DNA from: an uncultured Kiritimatiellota bacterium
GTDB taxonomy: Bacteria; Verrucomicrobiota; Kiritimatiellia; RFP12; DVOR01
Assembly (NCBI GenBank): GCA_944391085.1
Contig: CALXSE010000008.1
Location: forward strand, 2,437 to 66,436
Direction: 5' to 3'
DNA: 64,000 bases
Positions 20,491 through 28,705 of this stretch are shown here, one piece after another; within the stretch, counting starts at the first letter, position 1; each line of letters begins with the position of its first letter. Both the position numbers and the translations under genes were made by a program. The notes under the pieces are model-generated. The model was not told the DNA's origin, made no database searches, and saw nothing but the letters and a program-made list of their open reading frames with translations.

Positions 20491-21453
20491 ATGGCGAGCA
20501 ACAAGGGACTGAACCAGGCCAACAAGCAAAAGAAAGACGAGTTTTACACGCAACTCTCGGACATCGAGCACGAGTTGCGCCATTATCGCGCACACTTCCG
20601 CGGCAAAACGGTGCTGTGCAACTGCGACGACCCGCGCGTCTCCAACTTCTTCCGCTACTTCGCCTTCAACTTCGAGGCGCTGGGCCTCCGCCGGCTGATC
20701 ACCACCTGCTACAAGAACCAGGATCCCGACCTCTTCAGCATGAACACCTGCGAGCGGGCCATTTGGCTGGAATACCTGGGCGACACGAACGGCAACCGCG
20801 TGCCCGACCCCGATGAAATCGGCATCCGCCCGCTCCAAGGCGACGGCGACTTCCGCTCGCCGGAATGCGTGGCGCTGCTCAAGCAGGCCGACATCGTCGT
20901 CACCAACCCGCCCTTCTCCCTCTTCCGCGAGTACCTCGCGCAATTGATCGAGTACGGCAAGAAGTTCATTATCATCGCCCATCAAAACGCCATTCACTAC
21001 AAAGAAGTCTTTCCGCTTTTCATGCGAAACGAGATCTGGCTGGGTTATGGGTTCCCTGGGAACGCCAGTTTCTTCATCTCGAAATACGAGGACGTTGCCA
21101 CGGCAAGTTCGCACCGCGAGGGCATGATTCGCGTCTCGGGCGTAACGTGGTTCACCAATCTGGATATACCCAAGCGGCACGAAGAACTCATCCTCTATAA
21201 GACCTACACGCCCGATGATTACCCGGAGTATGACAACTACCGCGCCATCAACGTCAATAAAACAGCGGAGATCCCAATGGACTACGGCGGAATTATGGGT
21301 GTACCGATCACATTCATGGATAAATATAACCCCGAACAATTCGAGCTGATTGGAACAAGCACAACAGAGATGGCACGCGGGGCGCCCTATCTCAACGGCA
21401 AACGGATTTATGAGCGTATTCTCATCCGCAGGAGGAAGCAAGATGAAAATTGA
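20491..21453 (+). CDS. N6-adenine DNA methyltransferase, EcoRI-methylase family
   Basis: KKDEFYTQLSDIEHELRHYRAHFRGKTVLCNCDDPRVSNFFRYF... and catalytic TNPPF. The region is AT-richer than its flanks. No SD is visible; an alternative GTG start lies at 20470. Confidence 0.85.
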   Translation: MASNKGLNQANKQKKDEFYTQLSDIEHELRHYRAHFRGKTVLCNCDDPRVSNFFRYFAFNFEALGLRRLITTCYKNQDPDLFSMNTCERAIWLEYLGDTNGNRVPDPDEIGIRPLQGDGDFRSPECVALLKQADIVVTNPPFSLFREYLAQLIEYGKKFIIIAHQNAIHYKEVFPLFMRNEIWLGYGFPGNASFFISKYEDVATASSHREGMIRVSGVTWFTNLDIPKRHEELILYKTYTPDDYPEYDNYRAINVNKTAEIPMDYGGIMGVPITFMDKYNPEQFELIGTSTTEMARGAPYLNGKRIYERILIRRRKQDEN

Positions 21454-22525
21454 GTTACGGCATGTCACGGTTCGCGAACTGACAGAAGGGTATGTGGACG
21501 ATGGCGACGGCGGCGTGCGCGGTTACGGCGGGCGGCTCGACATCCGCCCGCCCTATCAGCGCGAGTTCATCTACAAAGACGCCCAGCGCGACGCCGTGAT
21601 CGACACGGTGACGGCGGGTTATCCGCTGAACGTGATGTACTGGGCCGCCCGCGGGGACGGCACCTTCGAGGTCATCGACGGCCAGCAGCGCACCATCAGC
21701 ATCTGCCAGTACGTCGCCGGGGACTTCTCCCACAACCTCCGCTTCTTCCACAACCTCACGGCGGACGAGCAGGAACTTATCCTCGACTACCCGCTGATGG
21801 TCTACGTCTGCACCGGCACGGAGAGCGAAAAGCTGGCCTGGTTCCGCGTCATCAACATCGCCGGCGAAAGGCTCTACGAGCAGGAACTGATGAACGCCGT
21901 CTACTGCGGCCCCTTCGTCACCGACGCCAAACGCCACTTCAGCCGGAACAATTGCCCCGCCTATCGGCTGGCGGAACGCTACGTCTCAGGCAAGGTGGTG
22001 CGGCAGGATTTCCTGGCCACGGCGCTGGCATGGATTTCACGGGGCGACGCGGAAGTGTACATGGCCGCCCATCAGCACGACCCCAACGCCACGGCGCTGT
22101 GGCTCCATTTCCAACAGGTCATCGGTTGGGTCAAGGCCACCTTCCCCCACTGGCGCAAAGAGATGCGCGGCGTCGACTGGGGCACGCTCTTCCGGCGCTT
22201 CGGCCAAGAGACGCTCGACGTGGCCGCGCTGGGCGAACGCGTCGACGCCCTCATGGCCGACAGCGACGTCCAATGCAAGAAAGGCATCTACGCCTACGTG
22301 TTGGACGGGGACGAGCACCACCTTGAGCTGCGCGCCTTCGACGACAACACCAGGCGCACCGCCTACGAGCGCCAGCAAGGCCTCTGCCCAAATTGTGGGA
22401 AACACTTCGAGCTCGGCGAGATGCACGCCGACCACATCCTCCCATGGTCAAAAGGCGGCCACACCGTCGAAGCGAATTGCCAGCTGCTCTGCCGCACCTG
22501 CAACCTCCGCAAAGGCGCCAGATGA
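21443..22525 (+). CDS. DUF262 (ParB/GmrSD-N-like) domain fused to a C-terminal HNH endonuclease
   Basis: IRPPYQREF...VIDGQQRT is the DUF262 hallmark. C-terminus CPNCG...HADHILPWSKGGH...N...CRTCNLRKG is HNH with two CxxC pairs. Strong SD GGAGGAAG. Overlaps the methylase 3' end by 11 nt. Confidence 0.85.
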   Translation: MKIELRHVTVRELTEGYVDDGDGGVRGYGGRLDIRPPYQREFIYKDAQRDAVIDTVTAGYPLNVMYWAARGDGTFEVIDGQQRTISICQYVAGDFSHNLRFFHNLTADEQELILDYPLMVYVCTGTESEKLAWFRVINIAGERLYEQELMNAVYCGPFVTDAKRHFSRNNCPAYRLAERYVSGKVVRQDFLATALAWISRGDAEVYMAAHQHDPNATALWLHFQQVIGWVKATFPHWRKEMRGVDWGTLFRRFGQETLDVAALGERVDALMADSDVQCKKGIYAYVLDGDEHHLELRAFDDNTRRTAYERQQGLCPNCGKHFELGEMHADHILPWSKGGHTVEANCQLLCRTCNLRKGAR

Positions 22526-22620
22526 ACGCCACGCCCCTCTCCTCAGGAGAGCTGCGCCACGCGCGCGATTATGGTACACTCAAGGCGTTCCGCGCGGTCA
22601 CGGTCAGGGAGAGGCAAGTC

Positions 22621-23211
22621 ATGCACAGTCGGTTGGTCAAAGCGCTGGTCTTTCTGGGGGCGATACTGGCGCTGAGCGCGCCGGCGCGGGCATGGCTGGA
22701 CACCGGGGAAGAACTGTCCGAGTGGGAATGGATGGAGCTGGAAACCGCACGGCGGGCCTGGCAAGGCGCGCAGAGATGGGACGACGGCCAACGGACACGG
22801 CTCTACGACGAGGAGATCGAGGACACCCTGCGCCACGGTCGGCAAGGCGACATCTTCTGGAAAAGCGAATTCAACCGCCTGTTGGGAGAACGTCGCCGCG
22901 CGCAGAGAAACGCAATGGCCATCGAGGCGGCACGCTGGGAATGGGAAAGGGAGCGCGCCCGGGAGCGGAACGCGCACACACGGCGGCTTGATCGCACCAT
23001 CGACGACACGTTGAACAACGCGGAATGGGACGAGTCGGGCGCCTGGCGGATGGACTTCGACCGATTGCTGCGCACCCGCCGCACGGCACGCGAGCGGCTC
23101 GGCAAGCCACCGAGCCCCTCCCAGCCTCTTCCCCCGCCGCGCCCCCACCTGTTGCACCCTCAGCCGCGCACGCCGCGCCACTGGGGTCGTGCCCCGTTCA
23201 CCCCCCTGTAA
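22621..23211 (+). CDS. hypothetical secreted or membrane-anchored protein with two W/E/R-rich repeats
   Basis: Signal-like MHSRLVKALVFLGAILALSAPARA. Two units of about 60 aa (WEW...R..D..I.DTL...W..(E/D)F(N/D)RLL..RR.A). High GC3 in this frame. An alternative start at ATG 22522 sits in an ATGA overlap with the HNH gene. Confidence 0.6.
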   Translation: MHSRLVKALVFLGAILALSAPARAWLDTGEELSEWEWMELETARRAWQGAQRWDDGQRTRLYDEEIEDTLRHGRQGDIFWKSEFNRLLGERRRAQRNAMAIEAARWEWERERARERNAHTRRLDRTIDDTLNNAEWDESGAWRMDFDRLLRTRRTARERLGKPPSPSQPLPPPRPHLLHPQPRTPRHWGRAPFTPL

Positions 23212-23229
23212 AGCGAAGGACAAAGAACC

Positions 23230-23796
23230 ATGGCGGAAATCATCCCATTCAACGAGGCTGGAATCGAACGGGCGGCAGGATTGTTGACGCGGGGCGGGGT
23301 GGCAATCGTGCCGACGGAGACGGTCTACGGCGTGGCATGCCACCCGGCCTTCCCGGAGGCGTTAGAGCGGATCCGCGCGATGAAGCACCGGGACAGGGAC
23401 AAACCTTTCCAGCTCCTGGCGGCGGACACCGCGACGGTATGGGCGGACGGCGCCCTGCATTCACCGGAAGCGGAACGGGCGGCGGCCCATTGGCCTGGGG
23501 CGCTCACCCTGGTGTTGCCGACGGGCAAGGGGACAACGGAAGGGTACCGCGTGCCGGACCTGCCCCTCCTGCGGCGCCTCATCGCCCTTTGCGGCGGGTT
23601 GCTGCGGTGCACGAGCGTAAACCTGAGCGGGGAGCCTCCGGCGAAGGATGTGCGGGAGGCCATGGCGGCGCTCGGGGGCGCGGTCGACCTGGTGCTTGAC
23701 GGCGGGCCGGCGCTGCTGGGCGTGGCCTCGACGGTGGCGGCGCTTTCGCCGGAAGGAAGACTGGCGGTGTTGCGCCAGGGTTCCGTCCACCTTTGA
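23230..23796 (+). CDS. tsaC: L-threonylcarbamoyladenylate synthase (YrdC/TsaC family)
   Basis: GGVAIVPTETVYGVACHP...KHRDRDKPFQLL...TSVNLSGEPP. Confidence 0.82.
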   Translation: MAEIIPFNEAGIERAAGLLTRGGVAIVPTETVYGVACHPAFPEALERIRAMKHRDRDKPFQLLAADTATVWADGALHSPEAERAAAHWPGALTLVLPTGKGTTEGYRVPDLPLLRRLIALCGGLLRCTSVNLSGEPPAKDVREAMAALGGAVDLVLDGGPALLGVASTVAALSPEGRLAVLRQGSVHL

Positions 23797-23821
23797 GGCC
23801 GCAAGCGTTCGCAACGCCGAC

Positions 23822-23857
23822 AAAAAAGGAAGCGCCCGTGCGGGCGCTTCCTTTTTT
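23822..23857. terminator. bidirectional intrinsic terminator between tsaC and the convergent 1228-aa gene
   Basis: AAAAAAGGAAGCGCCCG..CGGGCGCTTCCTTTTTT, a perfect 17-nt palindrome flanked by A and T runs. Confidence 0.85.
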
Positions 23858-23871
23858 GTCGGCCGTGGCCG

Positions 23872-26800
23872 TTACTCCTCGACGACGACGCGGAAGCCGA
23901 CGTTGTAAGGATGCTGCCATTGCGGATAACCCCAGCGGTTGGCGGAGGAGGCGCGAATCTGACGCTGATACCAGGAACCGCCGCGGATGACCTTGAGCTC
24001 GGGATTGGCGCCGTCAAAGCCGGGCCCGCCCTCATAGGAGACGAAGGGCGAGGTGGTCCATTCGGCGACGTTGCCGTGCATGTCGTAGAGCCCAAAGGCG
24101 TTGGGGAGGTAGGAGCCGACCTTGGCAAGGTGGAGGACGCCGTCGTTGAAGCGGGGATCCTTCTTCTCGTAGTCCATCCACTGATCGGGGTTGCGGATGG
24201 GCTGCGGGTCGACGCCGCGGACGGCGAGCTTCTTCATGGTGACGTCAGCGAGGTTGGCGTGCTTGCCGAAGTCGGCGTTGAAGTCGCCGTAGTTCATGGG
24301 CGTGTCGGTGCCGGCGCGGCAGGCGTATTCCCACTCGGTCTCGGTGGGGAGACGCACCTTCTTGCCGGTCTTCTTGGAGAGCCAGTCGCAGAAGGCCTGG
24401 GCCTGGTCGAAGGAGACGCGGATGGCGGGGAAGTCCGGGTCGTTCACGAAGTAGCCGCGGCGGACCTGATCCTTGTAGTGCATGTCGTAGACGCCGTTCT
24501 CGAAGGTGGGGTCGAACTCGCGCATCATACCCATGGTGACCTCGGTGGTGCCCATGTAGAAGGGCTTGGCGACCTCGGCGGGATGGGCGGGGGCCTCGGC
24601 GTTGGTCTCGTCGTCCGAGCCCATGACGAACTTGCCGGCGGGAATCTTGACGAGGGTGATGGCCTTGCCGCCGCCGACGTCGAGGGTGAGGGTCTGGCGC
24701 TGGCCCTGCTTGGCGGCGCCGTCGAAGGGCCACCCCTCCACGGCGGGCTTCTGGGCGGGCTTGGCGACGGTCGCGCCGGTGGGGGCGGCGAACTTCACGG
24801 CCCCGGGCTTGTAGGGGTTGATGATGCGCTCGGGGTCGAAGTCGAGGTTGGTGGTCTCGCGCTCGTAGCGGCGGCGCTGGTCGATCATGCGCTGGCGGGC
24901 GCCAAACTCAGTCCACGTGCCATAGTACGGGACGTTGAGGTCAATCCAGGTGATGATGCGATCCCATTCCTCGGGCGTGAGGACGACGCCGTGGTGCCCC
25001 TTCTTGAGGATCTGGTAAAGGTCGGAGGTGGTGGCGTGGAACTCGAGCGGGTTCAGCACGTGGTAGTCACCCTCGGGGCCGTTGCGGCGGACGTAGGGGT
25101 GGAGGGCGAGATAGGACTCGGAGAACTTGCCCCAGCCCAATTTCGGGTTGTACTCGAAGTTGGGGATGACCTCGCCGATGGCGTTCTTGGCGGTGGCCTT
25201 GCCGTTGTGGCAGCCGACGCACTTGGCGTCGAGGACGGGCTGGAGCTCGCGCTCAAAGGCCCAGCCGCGGGGCGGGCCGTACCAGTTGGCAATCTGCTGC
25301 GGGGGCTTGCGGGCGGCGGCGGTCACCTGGCCAGCGGGGGCGGCGGCGTTCTGGTTCTCGTGGCAGCCGATGCAACTGATGGTCTCGCCGGGCTGGCCGA
25401 CAAGCCAAGAGCGCATGAGCTGAAGGGCGCGGCCTTCGCTGTCAAGGGGCTGGACGCTGAGGGGCGTCTGCGCGGGGAAGACGAACATGGTGGAGCCATC
25501 TTCCTCGACGTCGACGGTGCCATGGAGGACACGGGGATCCCACGGGCCCTCCATACCGATGGCATAGTGGCCGCCGGCGTAGCGGGGGGCGTACTCGTAG
25601 TGGAAGACGCGGAGCTTTTTGACGGTGCCGTGGGGGACGTCCTTCAGGGTGTCCTGGCCGCGGTAGACGTTGGTCATGTAGACGTTGCAGGTCTTGGCGC
25701 CGGGAACGATGCGGTCAGGCTGGACGGGGGGGCGCTTGGTGGCCTTGAGGGGGATAGGCTCGTAAAGGTTGGTGTTGGGCATCTCCCAAAGGGTGAGGCA
25801 ATTGTCGAAGATGTCGATGAGGACGATCTTGAAGTCCTTGGAGCCGTCCTCCTGCTTGGCGACGAGGACGAGTTCGTCGTTCAGCGGGCGGGGGTGGATG
25901 AAGTAGGGCGAGATGTTGTCGACGAGGCGATCCAGCGTGATGTTCTCGATGGGCTTGCCGGCGTGGCCGAACTTGTGGACGGCGCCCTGGGTCTCGATGC
26001 GGCCCTTGGAGACGTCGAACATGACGAGCTCGCCTTTGCGGGCGACGCCATGATGGCCGGAGACGATGCCGACGAACTTGGTGGAGCTGCCGGGGATGTG
26101 CTGCTGGCCGAAGATGGCGTTGGGCCAGTAGGAGTTGGAGCCGTAGAACTCCTGCTGGTCGGTGCCGTCCTGGTTCATCGTCATCATGACGCGGGAGAAG
26201 TAGTGGGCGGAGTCGGTGTACTCCCAGCGCAGGAAGACGAGGCGGCCGTTGGGATAGACCTCGGGGTTCCAGTTGCAGTCCTGGTCGAAGGTCAGGCGGC
26301 GCATCCCGGTGCGCTCTTTGTTGATGAGCACGAGGTTGGAGACGATGTCGCCGCCGCTGACGCAGGGCACGCCCTGGAAGCCGACGGAGGCGGTGGTGAC
26401 GATGCGCCCGTCAGGCAGGTAGCAGGCGTCGTAGATGTCCACTTCCTTGTCGTCGTTCTTGTAGGCGCTGCGCCAGTTCTTGCCGTCGACGTCGATTTCG
26501 TAGAGTCCCCACGGGGTGCCCTTTTCCTCCTCACCGGAAGAGAGAAGCAGGGTCTTGGCGTCCCAGTCCAGGCAGAGGTCGCCCATGTAGACGGAGGATT
26601 CGCGCAGGACGGTGGGCTGGCGGTTGGGAGCCTTGTCCTGGTCGAGGGGGCCGCGGAGGAGCTTGCCCTTATAGGGCCCGCGGAGGTTGCCCTCGTTGTT
26701 ACCGAGCCAGCCGGTGTTGCCGGCGTAGTTGGCGAAGAGGCCCTGGGCCGCGCCGCGCTCGCGGGAGAGGAAGATGATCTCGTCGAAATCCACCGCGGGG

Positions 26801-27558
26801 TGCTGCAGGAGGATGGCCTTCTGAAGCTTGCGATAGTCGGCATAAAGGGAGCCGAAATCCTTCTCGCCGGCCTCGATGCGCTTCTGGAGGGCATCGATCC
26901 CGGCGGCGATTTCGGCGGCGTTGGGATAGTTTTCGGGATACTTCCCGGAATAGCGCTTCAGGCCGTCGCGCAGGGCGTTGAGGTTGATGGCCTTGGCAAG
27001 GGCGGCCAGGCGGGCGCGCTCCTGCAACTGCGGGATGGTCTCAAGCGTCTGGCCGGTGCGGGCGCCCTGGCCGGCCTTGGGCACGAAGATGTTCTGGCGC
27101 TCGGCGCGGGCGCGGTCGGCCTCCCACACAATCTTGCGCCCGGCGTCGGCGACGGTGACGCGGAAGCCGTTGAGGCGGCCGCCGAGGCCCTCGGCGCGGT
27201 TCCAGACCGTGATGCGCTCGATCTGCCCCAGGGGGACGTCCTTGCCCAGGTCAAGCTCCCACACGGGGAAGGGGGTGTTCTCCTCGGAGTGGGTGATGGT
27301 GCCGCTGTCCCAATTGCCGGCGGTGTTGCCGTCGATGGCGCGCCGGGCCTCGCCGTTGTTGGCGGTGGAGCTTTGGATGGCGGTGCCCTCGCGGGCGATG
27401 TTCTTGCCGTCCTTGGTGATGACCTCGACCTCGGCCAGCGAAAGCGTGGCGCGATCCTTCGGCAGGTCGACGACGACATAACGGGCGTCCGCGGCGTAGA
27501 CGCCTTGCGCCGCGAGCGCGGCCGCCAACGCAGCCAGGACAAATCGAGGACTCTTCAT
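23872..27558 (-). CDS. large secreted multidomain protein: F-type lectin/discoidin-like N-domain, HzsA-middle-like region with two CxxCH motifs, C-terminal FGE-sulfatase (SUMF1-like) domain
   Basis: Signal MKSPRFVLAALAAALAAQGVYA. AIDGNTAGNWDSGTITHSEE..PVWELDLG...VWNR..GLGGRLNGF is F5/8-C or fucolectin-like. Heme motifs CIGCH and CVGCH. C-terminus RVSFDQAQAFCDWL...RLPTETEWEYACRAG...YDMHGNVAEW...RGGSW. Confidence 0.8.
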   Translation of the reverse strand: MKSPRFVLAALAAALAAQGVYAADARYVVVDLPKDRATLSLAEVEVITKDGKNIAREGTAIQSSTANNGEARRAIDGNTAGNWDSGTITHSEENTPFPVWELDLGKDVPLGQIERITVWNRAEGLGGRLNGFRVTVADAGRKIVWEADRARAERQNIFVPKAGQGARTGQTLETIPQLQERARLAALAKAINLNALRDGLKRYSGKYPENYPNAAEIAAGIDALQKRIEAGEKDFGSLYADYRKLQKAILLQHPAVDFDEIIFLSRERGAAQGLFANYAGNTGWLGNNEGNLRGPYKGKLLRGPLDQDKAPNRQPTVLRESSVYMGDLCLDWDAKTLLLSSGEEEKGTPWGLYEIDVDGKNWRSAYKNDDKEVDIYDACYLPDGRIVTTASVGFQGVPCVSGGDIVSNLVLINKERTGMRRLTFDQDCNWNPEVYPNGRLVFLRWEYTDSAHYFSRVMMTMNQDGTDQQEFYGSNSYWPNAIFGQQHIPGSSTKFVGIVSGHHGVARKGELVMFDVSKGRIETQGAVHKFGHAGKPIENITLDRLVDNISPYFIHPRPLNDELVLVAKQEDGSKDFKIVLIDIFDNCLTLWEMPNTNLYEPIPLKATKRPPVQPDRIVPGAKTCNVYMTNVYRGQDTLKDVPHGTVKKLRVFHYEYAPRYAGGHYAIGMEGPWDPRVLHGTVDVEEDGSTMFVFPAQTPLSVQPLDSEGRALQLMRSWLVGQPGETISCIGCHENQNAAAPAGQVTAAARKPPQQIANWYGPPRGWAFERELQPVLDAKCVGCHNGKATAKNAIGEVIPNFEYNPKLGWGKFSESYLALHPYVRRNGPEGDYHVLNPLEFHATTSDLYQILKKGHHGVVLTPEEWDRIITWIDLNVPYYGTWTEFGARQRMIDQRRRYERETTNLDFDPERIINPYKPGAVKFAAPTGATVAKPAQKPAVEGWPFDGAAKQGQRQTLTLDVGGGKAITLVKIPAGKFVMGSDDETNAEAPAHPAEVAKPFYMGTTEVTMGMMREFDPTFENGVYDMHYKDQVRRGYFVNDPDFPAIRVSFDQAQAFCDWLSKKTGKKVRLPTETEWEYACRAGTDTPMNYGDFNADFGKHANLADVTMKKLAVRGVDPQPIRNPDQWMDYEKKDPRFNDGVLHLAKVGSYLPNAFGLYDMHGNVAEWTTSPFVSYEGGPGFDGANPELKVIRGGSWYQRQIRASSANRWGYPQWQHPYNVGFRVVVEE

Positions 27559-27588
27559 AATCCGGACTCCTTAAAAGTGTTTACCTTT

Positions 27589-27617
27589 AGAATACCGTTT
27601 CGGGCAACGTTTTGCAA
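27589..27617 (-). promoter_or_regulatory. sigma70-like promoter for the 1228-aa gene (-35 TTGCAA, 17 nt, -10 TATTCT)
   Basis: Minus strand reads TTGCAA (27617-27612), 17 nt, TATTCT (27594-27589). The leader carries SD AAGGAG. Confidence 0.55.
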
Positions 27618-27629
27618 GCCAGAACCCGC

Positions 27630-28664
27630 TCAGAAAACGACGTGGACCTTTTTGTGCCCAGGGTTCACGCCGCCGATGACGACGGGCTTTTCGCCGGCGG
27701 CCTCGAGTGCCTTGAGCGTGGGGCCGACCGCCGCGGAGGCGACGATTAGGACAAACCCGATGCCCATGTTGAAGACGCGGTACATCTCCTCGCGGTCCAC
27801 CCCGCCCTTCTCGCCGATGAAGCGGAAGACCTGCGGCACCTCCCAGCTCGCGGCGTCGATGGTGACGTCGACGTGCTTGGGCAGGACGCGCGGGATGTTG
27901 TCGTAGAAACCGCCGCCGGTGATGTGGGCCATGCCGTGGATGTCGATGCCCGCGGCCATGACGTTGCTGACGGGCTTGAGGAAGCTCTTGTGGACGGCCA
28001 GGAGCGCGTCGGCGCAGGTGGTGTCCGTGCCGGGGAGCAGGTCGGCGGGCTTGAGGCCCTCCTGCTCGAAGATAACCTTGCGCGCCAGGGAGAAGCCGTT
28101 GGTCTGCAGGCCGCCGGAAGGCAGGCCGATGAGGACGTCGCCCACCTCGATGCGCTCGCCGGTGATGATCTGGCTCTTCTTCACCTGGCCCACGATGGTG
28201 CCCACCAGATCATACTCGCCGACGGGATAGAGGCCCGGCATCTCGGCCGTCTCGCCGCCGAGCAGGGCGCACCCGTTCTCCGCGCAGGCCTTGCAGAGGC
28301 CGGAGACCACCTGGTTGAAGATGTCCGAGTCGAAGACCGAGGCGCCGATGTAGTCCAGGAAGAAGAGCGGCGTGGCGCCCTGCACGAGGATGTCGTTCAC
28401 GCAGTGGTTGACGATGTCCTGGCCCACGGTGTCGTGGCGGCCGGCCATCGCGGCGACCTTCAGCTTGGTGCCGACCCCGTCGGTCGAGGCCACGAGGATG
28501 GTGTCGGCGCCGGGGCTCTGAAAGAGGCCGCCGAAACTGCCGATGCCGCCGATGACGCCGGGGGTGACCGTCTTCTTGACCATCTGCTTGATGGTCTCGA
28601 TGCCGCCCATCTTCTTGTCGATGTCCACGCCGGCGGCGGCGTACGCGCTCTGCTTTGCTTCCAT
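27630..28664 (-). CDS. purM: phosphoribosylformylglycinamidine cyclo-ligase (AIR synthetase)
   Basis: YAAAGVDID...GGFGGLF...STDGVGTKL...DYIG...GGETAEMPG...HITGGG. Confidence 0.95.
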   Translation of the reverse strand: MEAKQSAYAAAGVDIDKKMGGIETIKQMVKKTVTPGVIGGIGSFGGLFQSPGADTILVASTDGVGTKLKVAAMAGRHDTVGQDIVNHCVNDILVQGATPLFFLDYIGASVFDSDIFNQVVSGLCKACAENGCALLGGETAEMPGLYPVGEYDLVGTIVGQVKKSQIITGERIEVGDVLIGLPSGGLQTNGFSLARKVIFEQEGLKPADLLPGTDTTCADALLAVHKSFLKPVSNVMAAGIDIHGMAHITGGGFYDNIPRVLPKHVDVTIDAASWEVPQVFRFIGEKGGVDREEMYRVFNMGIGFVLIVASAAVGPTLKALEAAGEKPVVIGGVNPGHKKVHVVF

Positions 28665-28669
28665 GTGTT

Positions 28670-28705
28670 TTGGTCTCTCTTGTAAGATTGGTCTCTCTTG
28701 TAAGA
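28670..28705. repeat. perfect tandem duplication (2 x 18 bp, TTGGTCTCTCTTGTAAGA) in the purM 5' intergenic region
   Basis: Read directly: 28670-28687 equals 28688-28705. It fills 36 of the 42 intergenic nt. Confidence 0.95.

Noticed and set aside
20293-21468. 391-aa minus-strand ORF spanning the methyltransferase region.
   Set aside because: It is antisense to an ORF with unmistakable EcoRI-methylase family motifs (DEFYT, CNCDDP, TNPPF). It has no recognisable motifs of its own.
22543-23343. 266-aa minus-strand ORF opposite the W/E/R-repeat protein and the tsaC 5' end.
   Set aside because: It overlaps the well-supported tsaC start. The plus-strand frame shows a signal peptide, an internal repeat structure and high third-position GC. 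The coding status of the plus ORF still deserves verification.
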